Below, one piece after another: positions 38,051 through 46,144 of a stretch of 64,000 nucleotides of DNA. The position numbers and the translations under genes were made by a program. The stretch comes from Candidatus Desulfovibrio gallistercoris. Its GTDB lineage: Bacteria; Desulfobacterota; Desulfovibrionia; Desulfovibrionales; Desulfovibrionaceae. The stretch lies in contig DWYJ01000087.1 of assembly GCA_019118745.1 (NCBI GenBank), forward strand, positions 24,515-88,514, in the 5' to 3' direction. The notes beneath the pieces are model-generated. The model was given only the letters and a program-made list of their open reading frames with translations, was not told where the DNA came from and did no database searches. Positions within the stretch are counted from its first letter, which is position 1. Each line of letters begins with the position of its first letter.

Positions 38051-38238
38051 GGTAGTGAAAGCTCGCTGGGGAAGGGATGGGGGCTTGGGGGAAAGGGGAA
38101 CACCTCCAGCACAGACGGCGACCGAAAGGCGGCCCGGAGGGCCGTGTCCGTTAGGCGACGCAGGAGCCTTACGGACATCGACAGCAGAGCGAGGGGTTCC
38201 CCTTCCCCCCCAAAAAAAAGACAGTGAATAGCGTCAAC
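38051..38238 (+). repeat. RepB, long-loop variant
   Basis: GGTAGTGAAAGCTCGCTGGGGAAGGGATGGGGGCTTGGGGGAAAGGGGAAC...GTCCGTTAGGCGACGCAGGAGCCTTACGGAC...GAGGGGTTCCCCTTCCCCCCCC...GAATAGCGTCAAC. Lies 5 nt from the phosphatase-like gene's stop. Confidence 0.85.
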
Positions 38239-38243
38239 AAGCT

Positions 38244-39638
38244 TTAGGGACGGGGGGCTTGTCCCTGCGGGTCTTCTTCATCGTTTTCCGTATCGTCGGG
38301 GGCCGTCGCGGCGTTGGACTCCAGCGCGCCTTCGGACGCGACGGGCACCAGCTGCGGCAGGGCCAGTCCTGTAAAGATGCAGTCCTTGCGGATGGCGGCA
38401 CGGGCACGCGCGTAGAAATCGGCGGCCGGCAGATTGGGTTCCCCGTTCTTGCCCAGGCGGACGGTGAAGGCCGCGAGGCTTTCCTCGTCTTCGAAGGGGG
38501 TGCTGCTGTGCAGGGTCTCCAGCGCATGGGCAAAGAACTTGATGCGCACGACCTGACCACCGTCCTGCTGCCAGAGTTCGAAGGTCAGCGCGGCGGCGGG
38601 CGGGATAAGGTCCACGGGATAGCCCGAAGCCTGCCAGTGGATGTCCAGCAGGGCGGCCACATTGGCGATGTTCATGTCAGAACCCACAAACACCACGATG
38701 GGCGACCGGTTGGCCCGGCTGTCCGTCATATGCCCCTCAAGGGCGGCGATCAGCTCGCTGAGCAGGGTGCTGCCCTGTGCGCCCGCTACGGAGGGCGTCC
38801 GCTGCACGGCATTGAAGACGGCGCTGTGCAGGCTCAGGATCTGGCGCATGGTGGCGGTATCGGCCTGCCCCCAGGCGGCGGGTTCGCTGGGCCACTGGCT
38901 GAACTCCCGCAAAAAGACATCCGTCAGGCTGGAAGCGATGCCAAGCCCTCCCAGGATGAAGGCCCGTGTCCCCTGTCGGGCAATGGCGACGGAAGAGGGG
39001 ATGGAGGACAGGCGGCAGCCGGGCGGCAGCGAATAGCGCGTGCAGAGCTCCGTATCCGCCGAACCGACGATGCTGTCCAGCAGGGAGAGCTGTTCAGCGT
39101 ATTCGGCATTGAGGCCGGCCAGCCCGCCATCCATATTGTCCATCACGTCCTTGGCCGTGGCGGCAAGGTGGAAGATGCACATGCCGTTTTCCACAGGGTG
39201 GAAGAGCGGATCGGGCGTCAGGCTGTCGATGGCATAGCCGCTGTTCCCCCTTGGGAGGATGCCGCGCAGCAGGGCCGAAGCGGTGGCCCGGGCAGGCTGC
39301 AGGTTGTCGGCGCGCACATAGACGGCCGCCGGCGAGGCATTGCCCGGCAGGACGCCCAGCGCCAGATAGCGGTTGCGCAGCTCGCCCCAGAGCTCACTGA
39401 CGAGATCCGCTCCCCGGCGGGTCAGCTCGCCCCGGCTGGCGGGCCACTTGGGCCATGTGCGTTCCGTCCAGGAGTCCAGCATGGCATCGCTTTGCAGGGG
39501 AGCGCTCACCCCGGCGCGCGTCAGAGCCACCACCTTGAGCAGACGGGGCGTGGACGTATCGGCAGCCGTAGCGGCAGAAGTCAGGCAAAGCAGGCAGCAT
39601 ACGACGGACAGCAGGATGCAGGCAGAACGTTTCCGCAT
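38244..39638 (-). CDS. Secreted histidine-acid-phosphatase (branch 2, AppA/phytase-like) homologue with substituted catalytic histidines
   Basis: ORF trimmed to the Met at 39638 (MRKRSACILLSVVCCLLCLTSAATA signal). It aligns by eye to E. coli AppA, but RHGVRAP is replaced by RAGVSAP (VVALTRAGVSAPL) and GHDTN by GSDMN (VVFVGSDMNIANV). Confidence 0.8.
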   Translation of the reverse strand: MRKRSACILLSVVCCLLCLTSAATAADTSTPRLLKVVALTRAGVSAPLQSDAMLDSWTERTWPKWPASRGELTRRGADLVSELWGELRNRYLALGVLPGNASPAAVYVRADNLQPARATASALLRGILPRGNSGYAIDSLTPDPLFHPVENGMCIFHLAATAKDVMDNMDGGLAGLNAEYAEQLSLLDSIVGSADTELCTRYSLPPGCRLSSIPSSVAIARQGTRAFILGGLGIASSLTDVFLREFSQWPSEPAAWGQADTATMRQILSLHSAVFNAVQRTPSVAGAQGSTLLSELIAALEGHMTDSRANRSPIVVFVGSDMNIANVAALLDIHWQASGYPVDLIPPAAALTFELWQQDGGQVVRIKFFAHALETLHSSTPFEDEESLAAFTVRLGKNGEPNLPAADFYARARAAIRKDCIFTGLALPQLVPVASEGALESNAATAPDDTENDEEDPQGQAPRP

Positions 39639-39982
39639 GGGAGATCTCCTTGAAGGCGAGTATAGCGGCAAAGGGAATGGTGAGCAATGGGAAGGGGAGG
39701 CCGGAAGCATCCCGGAAACCCTCGATACGCCGCGGCGCGCCGCATGGACAAGGGGGGACTTCCCGTGCTAGGTTCTTCGCTCGCTGATCGTATGGCTGCA
39801 CGAGGCTTTTTGTCCGCGGCGACCGAAAAACGGCTGTATGCCGCCGGTTGTCGCACAGGAGCCTTTGCATGAGATCTTTGCCGGGAACGCGCTACGCGGC
39901 CGCCTGTGCGCATGCCGCACAGCAAGCCGGCCAGGCGCGAAAAAATATGGACTAGAGCGGCCCCGCAGGGGGTGGAGATTGC

Positions 39983-41005
39983 ATGAGCAGACTGACCAAT
40001 CGTCATTTTTTGAAGGAAACGGATTTTACTCCCGAAGACTTCCTCTATCTGCTGGATCTGGCGGCAGCCCTGAAAAAGGCCAAGAAGGAACGCCGTGAAC
40101 CGCGCTTTCTGGAAGGGAAGAACATCGTCCTGCTGTTTGAAAAGGACTCCACCCGCACCCGCTGCTCCTTTGAGGTGGGCGCGCACGACCAGGGAGCTTC
40201 CACCACCTACCTCGGGCCTTCCGGCTCCCAGATGGGCAAAAAGGAATCCATGGCCGACACCGCCCGCGTGCTCTCCGGCTTTTATGACGGCATAGAATAC
40301 CGCGGTTTCGGGCAGGATATCGTGGAGCGACTGGCCTCCTACGCGTCCGTTCCGGTCTGGAACGGCCTGACCAATGAGTGGCACCCCACCCAGATGCTTG
40401 CCGACATGCTGACCATGCGCGAGTGCTGCGCCAAGCCCCTGCGGGAACAGACGCTGGCCTACCTCGGAGACGCCCGCTACAATATGGGCAATTCGCTCAT
40501 GGTCTGCTGCGCCATGCTCGGCCTGGACTTCCGCTCCGTAGCCCCGCGCGCCCTCTGGACGTCGGATGAGGTCTACCAGACGGCCTGCGCCATCGCCGAA
40601 AAGACCGGCGCGCGCATCACCCGCACCGAAAGCGTGGAAGAGGGCGTGCACGGCTGCGACTTCCTTTATTCCGACGTCTGGGTGTCCATGGGCGAGCCTG
40701 ACGAAGTCTGGCAGGAGCGCATCAACCTGCTGACCCCCTACAGCATCGACGCCGAAGTCATGCGCAAGACCGGCAATCCGCAGTGCGGCTTCCTGCACTG
40801 CCTGCCCAGCTTCCATAACCGGGAAACCACCATCGGCGAAAAGATCTACCAGCGCTTCGGCCTCGAATACATGGAAGTCAGCGACGAAGTCTTCGAAGGC
40901 CCCAACAGCTACGTCTTCCAGGAAGCGGAAAACCGTATGCACACCATCAAGGCCGTCATGGTCGCCACGCTGGCCGACGTGCCGGACGCCTTCATCTACG
41001 GCTGA
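39983..41005 (+). CDS. argF: Ornithine carbamoyltransferase
   Basis: 340 aa. [18 protein letters not shown] and HCLP motifs. Confidence 0.93.
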   Translation: MSRLTNRHFLKETDFTPEDFLYLLDLAAALKKAKKERREPRFLEGKNIVLLFEKDSTRTRCSFEVGAHDQGASTTYLGPSGSQMGKKESMADTARVLSGFYDGIEYRGFGQDIVERLASYASVPVWNGLTNEWHPTQMLADMLTMRECCAKPLREQTLAYLGDARYNMGNSLMVCCAMLGLDFRSVAPRALWTSDEVYQTACAIAEKTGARITRTESVEEGVHGCDFLYSDVWVSMGEPDEVWQERINLLTPYSIDAEVMRKTGNPQCGFLHCLPSFHNRETTIGEKIYQRFGLEYMEVSDEVFEGPNSYVFQEAENRMHTIKAVMVATLADVPDAFIYG

Positions 41006-41094
41006 TCCGGCAGCCCGCTGCCATATCTTCGAAAGGGAGCTGCCGCCGTCTAGGTGGCGGCTCCTCAAATTTTATAAAAGGAGAAGGTTCCCCC

Positions 41095-41985
41095 ATGCTG
41101 TTGCCGGCATATCGTCCGCTGCGTCACGTTTTTTGCTGTCTGCTGTTCCTTTGCGCCTTCCTTTCGCCGCTCTGCGCGTCCGCTCAGGACGGCGCGGACA
41201 CTGCGGGACTGCGCGCACTGGAACAGGAACATCAGGCCCGCATCGGCCTTGTGGCCGTGGATGTGGCCAGCGGGCAAAAACTGGTCTGGCGCGGTGATGA
41301 GCGTTTCACCTTTTGCAGCACCTTCAAGGCGGTGCTGGCCGCCTGCATCCTGGACCGCTCCCTGAAAGAGCCGGGCCTGCTGTCGGAAAAGATGCACTGG
41401 CCCTCTGAAAAAGAGGTGGACTGGTCACCCGTCACAGGCGGGCGCGGCAGCGACGGCATGACCGTTGCCGAACTCTGCGCCGCCTCCCTCGGCTCCAGCG
41501 ACAATACCGCCACCAATCTCCTGCTGGACCGTCTCGGCGGGCCGCAAGCCGTGACCAGCTACGTCAGGAAGCTGGGCGACGCCACCTTTCGTCTGGACCG
41601 GATGGAGCCGGAGCTCAACCTGTCGGCTCCCGGCGACGAGCGGGATACGACCACCGCGCTTGCCTACGCCCGTACCCTGCGCGCCCTCCTGACGGGACAG
41701 GCCCTGCCTCCCGCGCAACGCCGGCAGCTGCTGGCCTGGATGGCCGCCTGCACGACCGGCACGGGACGCATCCGCGCCGGTCTCCCGGCAGACTGGCAGC
41801 TGGCCCACAAGACCGGCTCCAGCGGCGGCCTGGCCCATGACGTAGGCCTCGCGGAATCCCCCGACGGGCGGCAGATCCTCCTCGTCATCCTTACCCGTTC
41901 CCCCGATAGCGCGGACATGGCCAGCAAGGAAGCCCTCATAGCCGCTGCCGCCCGCTGCGCCCTGCACGAGCTGGGAGTGCGATAG
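41095..41985 (+). CDS. Class A beta-lactamase
   Basis: 296 aa. Signal peptide, then STFK (SxxK), SDN, EPELN (Glu166 loop) and KTG motifs in the canonical order. RBS AAGGAGAAGG upstream. Confidence 0.9.
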   Translation: MLLPAYRPLRHVFCCLLFLCAFLSPLCASAQDGADTAGLRALEQEHQARIGLVAVDVASGQKLVWRGDERFTFCSTFKAVLAACILDRSLKEPGLLSEKMHWPSEKEVDWSPVTGGRGSDGMTVAELCAASLGSSDNTATNLLLDRLGGPQAVTSYVRKLGDATFRLDRMEPELNLSAPGDERDTTTALAYARTLRALLTGQALPPAQRRQLLAWMAACTTGTGRIRAGLPADWQLAHKTGSSGGLAHDVGLAESPDGRQILLVILTRSPDSADMASKEALIAAAARCALHELGVR

Positions 41986-42003
41986 GGCAAGGGAGGTTTT
42001 TTT

Positions 42004-42090
42004 GCGAGGGGGAGAAGGGAACCTTTTTGCGAAAAAAGGTTCCCTTCTCCCCCTCGCGCACCCCCTCATCCCTCCAAAAACGTTTACCGG
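42004..42090 (-). repeat. RepB variant with a 25-bp perfect stem
   Basis: Arms are 42004..42028 (GCGAGGGGGAGAAGGGAACCTTTTT) and 42033..42057, with loop GCGA, followed by GCACCCCCTCATCCCTCCAAAAACGTTTACCGG. Lies 18 nt after the beta-lactamase stop. Confidence 0.8.
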
Positions 42091-42195
42091 CTCCCTCGTC
42101 CGGCGTCGTGACGCGGTGAGGCGTCCCTCTTCTTGAACGTCCCCCGGCGGCATGCGGAAGGAGAAAGCATACGGGCTGGCGCGCGTCCGAGAGGC

Positions 42196-42344
42196 TAGAG
42201 CATTTTGCCCGTGAAAAAGGTGAAACGCGAGGCGGCGTCATAGCGCCGCCCGGCCCAAACCAAGCGGAAAAACCGCGTTTTTTTTTCCGCGAAACGTCAG
42301 ACCGTATGGTTTAACGCCAAGCGTTTCAAACGGAAAATGCTCCA
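42196..42344 (-). repeat. RepA copy (first module of a composite direct repeat)
   Basis: TAGAGCATTTTGCCCGTGAAAAAGGTGAAACGCGAGGCGGCGTCATAGCGCCGCCCGGCCC...GCGGAAAAACCGCGTTTTTTTTTCCGC...GTTTAACGCCAAGCGTTTCAAACGGAAAATGCTC. Confidence 0.85.
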
Positions 42345-42466
42345 AGGATGCGGGCAGCGCGGGTTTATCCGGCTGTTGCCTTGGTCTACGCTCGTTTTCC
42401 CTGCAAGCCGGGCTGGTGTGTGTCCGGGCGTCCGTTCCTGAGGCCAGGCTGACCGCCAGCGACAGC

Positions 42467-42541
42467 GGTAAAGGTTTTGGTGGGGAGATGGGGGCACGGG
42501 GGAAGAGGGGAGACTTTTGCAAAAGTCTCCCCTCTTCCCCC
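42467..42541 (+). repeat. RepB variant with a 44-nt perfect palindrome
   Basis: GGTAAAGGTTTTGGTGGGGAGATGGGGGCAC, then the palindrome 42498..42541 (GGGGGAAGAGGGGAGACTTTTGCAAAAGTCTCCCCTCTTCCCCC). Lies 20 nt from the cupin stop. Confidence 0.85.
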
Positions 42542-42561
42542 GTCTTTCCCGTTTTACGGGA

Positions 42562-43122
42562 TCAGGCATGCTTGCGCATCTCAGGGACGCGCGGAAAAAA
42601 GTCGTCGAGGATGCGTGAGGCGGCGGCGGCGCAGTGGGGGAGGCTGTTGCGGATGTGCCCGGCGTCCGGGGCAAGTTCGAAGTCGGCAAAGTCGAAGCCC
42701 GGCGCGACGGTGCAGCCTACGAGGGCATATGACGTTTCCGGGCCGGGCATGGCCCCGAACCAGCAGCCGCCGGGTACGACATGGACGAGCTCCTGTCCTG
42801 CCGCGAGATCCTGCCCAAGCAGGTGGTCTTCTCCGCTGCCGTCGGGGTGGATGACTGCCAGACGCAAGGGGCCGCCCAGCAGAAAATGCCATATCTCATC
42901 GGAATGCAGACGATGCAGACGGGAGTGCTCGCCGGCGCGCAGCAAGAAAAGGATGGAGGTGCTCCACGGCCGTTCACCGGTGTAGCAGGGGGGCAAAGCC
43001 TGAGCGGCAATGCGGCCGCTGCTGCACCAGATGCGACGGTAGAAGCCGCCTTCGGGATGCGGTTGCAGACCATAGCGGGCCACGAGCTGGTCGCAGGCGG
43101 GGATATGCGGCAGTTCGCGCAT
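42562..43122 (-). CDS. Cupin domain protein (DUF985-like)
   Basis: ORF 42562..43503 trimmed to the Met at 43122 (MRELPHIPACDQLVARYGLQPHPEGGFYRRIW), because the extension runs through repeat DNA. Motifs include HRLHSDEIWHF and GCTVAPGFDFADFEL. Confidence 0.8.
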   Translation of the reverse strand: MRELPHIPACDQLVARYGLQPHPEGGFYRRIWCSSGRIAAQALPPCYTGERPWSTSILFLLRAGEHSRLHRLHSDEIWHFLLGGPLRLAVIHPDGSGEDHLLGQDLAAGQELVHVVPGGCWFGAMPGPETSYALVGCTVAPGFDFADFELAPDAGHIRNSLPHCAAAASRILDDFFPRVPEMRKHA

Positions 43123-43149
43123 GGGTTTCTCCTCGTGCCGGCAAGGAGT

Positions 43150-43296
43150 TAGAGCAGTTTGCCCTTGAAAAAGGCAAGCTGCGAGGCGGCGGCATAGCGC
43201 CGCCCGGTCCAAAGCAAGCGGAAAAACCGCGTTTTTCCGCGAAACGCCAGACCGTATGGTTTGAAACGCCAAGCGTTTCAAACGGAAAATGCTCCA
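43150..43296 (-). repeat. RepA copy (first module of the second composite direct repeat)
   Basis: TAGAGCAGTTTGCCCTTGAAAAAGGCAAGCTGCGAGGCGGCGGCATAGCGCCGCCCGG...GTTTGAAACGCCAAGCGTTTCAAACGGAAAATGCTC. Near-identical to 42196..42344. Confidence 0.85.
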
Positions 43297-43418
43297 AGGA
43301 TGCGGGCAGCGCGGGTTTATCCGCTTGTTGCCCTGGTCTACGCTCTCTTTCCCTGAAAGCCGGGCTGGCGTGCGTCCGGGCGTGCGTCCCTGCGTCCGCA
43401 CTGTCCGCCGGCGACAGC

Positions 43419-43493
43419 GGTAAAGGTTTTGGAGGGGAGAAGGGGGCACGGGGGAAGAGGGGAGACTTTTGCAAAAGTCTCCCCTCTTCCCCC
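43419..43493 (+). repeat. RepB variant with the same 44-nt palindrome
   Basis: GGTAAAGGTTTTGGAGGGGAGAAGGGGGCAC, then the palindrome 43450..43493. Lies 6 nt from the hypE stop. Confidence 0.85.
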
Positions 43494-43499
43494 GCTTTT

Positions 43500-44534
43500 T
43501 CAACAGATCCTCGGCAGTTGCGCGCCTTCGAGCATGCCGAGCAGGCGCTGCCCGCCGATGAGGGTGCGCAGGACGACCTGTCCGGCGCGTTCATCGCCGA
43601 CGGTGCCTATGCGGGCGGCTTCCCGGCCGTAGGGCGTGGCGCGCATGGCTTCCAGCACGGGCCCGGCCAGGGCTTCCGGCACGATGCAGAGGCATTTGCC
43701 TTCATTGGCCAGATAGAGCGGGTCAAGACCGAGGAAGGAACAGCCGTTGCGCACGCTCTCGTGGACGGGTATGGCCTGCTCATCCAGTTCGATGCTGACG
43801 CCGGACTGTTCGGCGATCTCGTTGAGCGTGGTGGCCAGTCCGCCGCGGGTAGGGTCGCGCAGGACGTGGATCTCGCCGGACATGCCCGCGGCTTCCGCGG
43901 CGGTCAGAATGGCGCGCACGAGCCCATTGAGCGGGGCGGAGTCGGAACGGACGTCGGTCAGGAAGGAAAGCCCTTCCCGGCTGCCCATGATGGTCAGGCC
44001 GTGATCGCCTACCGCGCCGCTCACCAGCACAACATCGCCCGGCCGGGCCCGGTGCCCGGAAGGCTCCGGCTGGACCAGCAGATGGCCGATGCCCGTGGTA
44101 TTGATGAACATCTGGTCGCAGGCTCCGCGCTGCACCACCTTGGTGTCCCCGGTGACGATCTGCACGCCGGCTTCCTGCGCGGCGGCGGCCATGTCGGCGG
44201 CCACCCTGTCCAGCGTGGCGAGGGGGAGGCCCTCCTCGATGATGAAGGCGCAGCTTAGATAGCGAACGTCGCCGCCCAGCATGCTCACGTCATTGACGGT
44301 GCCGTGCACGGCAAGGGTGCCGATGCTGCCGCCGGGGAAAAAGAGGGGCGTGACGGTATAGGAGTCCGTGCTCATGGCCAGCGGCCTGTCGTGGGCGGAA
44401 GCGACGGGCAGCAGGGCGGCATCGTCCATGCGTTCGAGGAGGGGATTGGCAAAATGGCGCAGGAAGCACTGGCTGATGAGGCGCTGCGAGGCGCGGCCGC
44501 CGCTTCCGGCATCCAGCAGAATGCAGTCATCCAT
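43500..44534 (-). CDS. hypE: Hydrogenase maturation protein HypE
   Basis: 344 aa. AIR-synthase-like fold motifs and the diagnostic C-terminal PRIC. Confidence 0.93.
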   Translation of the reverse strand: MDDCILLDAGSGGRASQRLISQCFLRHFANPLLERMDDAALLPVASAHDRPLAMSTDSYTVTPLFFPGGSIGTLAVHGTVNDVSMLGGDVRYLSCAFIIEEGLPLATLDRVAADMAAAAQEAGVQIVTGDTKVVQRGACDQMFINTTGIGHLLVQPEPSGHRARPGDVVLVSGAVGDHGLTIMGSREGLSFLTDVRSDSAPLNGLVRAILTAAEAAGMSGEIHVLRDPTRGGLATTLNEIAEQSGVSIELDEQAIPVHESVRNGCSFLGLDPLYLANEGKCLCIVPEALAGPVLEAMRATPYGREAARIGTVGDERAGQVVLRTLIGGQRLLGMLEGAQLPRIC

Positions 44535-44641
44535 AAGTCGTTCTCGGCAGAGTTAAAGGCTGGGACGCATATCCATTTATAGTAATTTCAATAGATAAGG
44601 GAAATACGTTGTACGCACTCTGGTGTCCCTGATCCTTCCCT

Positions 44642-44741
44642 CGCAAAAGCGCGCCGGGGAAGGGATGGGGGCTTGGGGGAAGGGCCGCCGCGCGAGGCGA
44701 GGGGTTCCCCTTCCCCCCAAACAAACAGCAAAGAGCGTCAA
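44642..44741 (+). repeat. RepB, short-loop variant
   Basis: CGCAAAAGCGCGCCGGGGAAGGGATGGGGGCTTGGGGGAAGGGCCGCCGCGCGAGGCGAGGGGTTCCCCTTCCCCCCAAACAAACAGCAAAGAGCGTCAAC. The hypD TGA stop (44738..44740) lies inside its last bases. Confidence 0.85.
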
Positions 44742-45895
44742 CAGTCCTCATTCCGGGCATATTTGAAATAGGCGGCGCAACTGCCTTCGGTGGAGACCAT
44801 GCAGGGGCCGACAGGCGTTGCCGGGGTGCAGGCCTTGCCGAAGAGCGGGCATTGCGGCGGCGTGAGACGGCCCTTGAGGACCTGACCGCAGCGGCAGCCG
44901 GGCAGAGGCGGCACGTCGGGCAGGCGCAGGTCCAGACGGCGCATGGCGTCAAAGCGGGCAAATGTTTCCCGCAGGGCCAGGCCGCTCTGCGGGATGCGGC
45001 CGATGCCGCGCCACAGGGCGTCGGCAGGCTGGAAGCACTGCTCCAGCAGGGCGCGGGCGCGGGGATTGCCGCCATCATCCACGGCGCGGGCATAGGCGTT
45101 GACCACCTCGGCCCGGCCGTCCCGCCGTTGTTCGGCCATGAGGCAGAGGGCCAGCAGGATGTCTGCCGGTTCAAAGCCCCCCACCACGGCGGGCACATGG
45201 TATTCCCCGGCAAGGAAGGCGTACGGGGCCAGCCCGAGGATGGTGGAGACATGGCCCGGCAGCAGGAAGGCCTCGATGGGCTGTTCCTGCTGCTGCGGAT
45301 CGTCCAGCAGGGCGCGCAGGGCCGGGGGCACGAGCTTGTGCAGGGAAAGCACGCTGAAGTTGTCCAGGCCCCGCTGCTGCGCGGTCAGGATGGTGGCGGC
45401 CACGGTGGGCGCGGTGGTCTCGAAGCCGATCCCCAGGAAGACCACCATGTCACCCGGATGTTCGGCGGCCAGCGTCAGCGCGTCCAGCGGCGAGTAGACG
45501 ATCTCGACGCGCGCGCCCTGGGCCTTGGCGTGTTTGAGGCTTTTGCCGCCGGGGCCCGGCACGCGCAGCAGGTCGCCGAAGGTGGCCAGGATGATGCCGT
45601 CACGTCCGGCGAGATCGAGGAAGGCGGCCACTTCCGCATCATGCGTGACGCAGACGGGACAGCCCGGCCCGGAAAGGTGGCGCACCTGCTCCGGGAGCAG
45701 CGAGCGCAACCCGCTCTGGAAGATGGAGACGGTGTGCGTGCCGCAGACTTCCATGAAGCGCAGGCTGCGGCCGTCGAGCGCCGCTTGCAGGCGATCCAGC
45801 AGGCTGCGGCAGAGGTGCGGGTCCCGCAGGGCGGAGGTCAGGCGGGAGGACGGATCGTCAAAAGCCGGCTGTGGGGAGGTGGATTGTTCCGCCAT
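44738..45895 (-). CDS. hypD: Hydrogenase maturation protein HypD
   Basis: 385 aa. MEVCGTHT, GPGCPVCV, GFETTAP and PGHVS motifs, with a C-terminal Cys cluster. Confidence 0.93.
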   Translation of the reverse strand: MAEQSTSPQPAFDDPSSRLTSALRDPHLCRSLLDRLQAALDGRSLRFMEVCGTHTVSIFQSGLRSLLPEQVRHLSGPGCPVCVTHDAEVAAFLDLAGRDGIILATFGDLLRVPGPGGKSLKHAKAQGARVEIVYSPLDALTLAAEHPGDMVVFLGIGFETTAPTVAATILTAQQRGLDNFSVLSLHKLVPPALRALLDDPQQQEQPIEAFLLPGHVSTILGLAPYAFLAGEYHVPAVVGGFEPADILLALCLMAEQRRDGRAEVVNAYARAVDDGGNPRARALLEQCFQPADALWRGIGRIPQSGLALRETFARFDAMRRLDLRLPDVPPLPGCRCGQVLKGRLTPPQCPLFGKACTPATPVGPCMVSTEGSCAAYFKYARNEDC

Positions 45896-46030
45896 AATGA
45901 TTGTTCCTCAGGGAAAAACTGGATGAGTGAGCCCTCAGCGGTGGACGGAGCCTTGTGCCCGTCTCGTCTGCTTTTGGCGAACGCTTGCCGCAGGGGGGAA
46001 GCGCCGAGCGTCGGGCAAAGCGCGTTCCAC

Positions 46031-46139
46031 CGGATAAAAGCGCGCTGGGGAAGGGATGGGGGGTAGGGGGAAGGGAAAACCCTCTCGCGCCGGCGGAGGG
46101 CTTTCCCTTCCCCCTAAACAAACAACGAATAGTGTTAAC
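46031..46139 (+). repeat. RepB, short-loop variant
   Basis: GGATAAAAGCGCGCTGGGGAAGGGATGGGGGGTAGGGGGAAGGGAAAACCCTC..GAGGGCTTTCCCTTCCCCCTAAACAAACAACGAATAGTGTTAAC. Ends 5 nt before the argC stop. Confidence 0.85.
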
Positions 46140-46144
46140 AGGCC

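Noticed and set aside
41042-41061. Weak hairpin GCCGCC-GTCTAGGT-GGCGGC after argF as a possible terminator.
   Set aside because: The stem is only 6 bp and there is no T-run. It lies ~35 nt before the beta-lactamase RBS and could equally be incidental.
42562-43503. N-terminal extensions of track ORFs, for example the cupin gene as 313 aa. Others are 2319..3482, 3184..4500, 5643..6755, 18019..19350, 21428..22615, 24986..26194, 33378..34745 and 34565..35920.
   Set aside because: The extensions run through RepA or RepB repeats, or through the upstream gene, and are Arg/Pro/Ser-rich. Internal Met codons with a plausible RBS, or ATGA coupling, give proteins that start at the conserved family N-termini.
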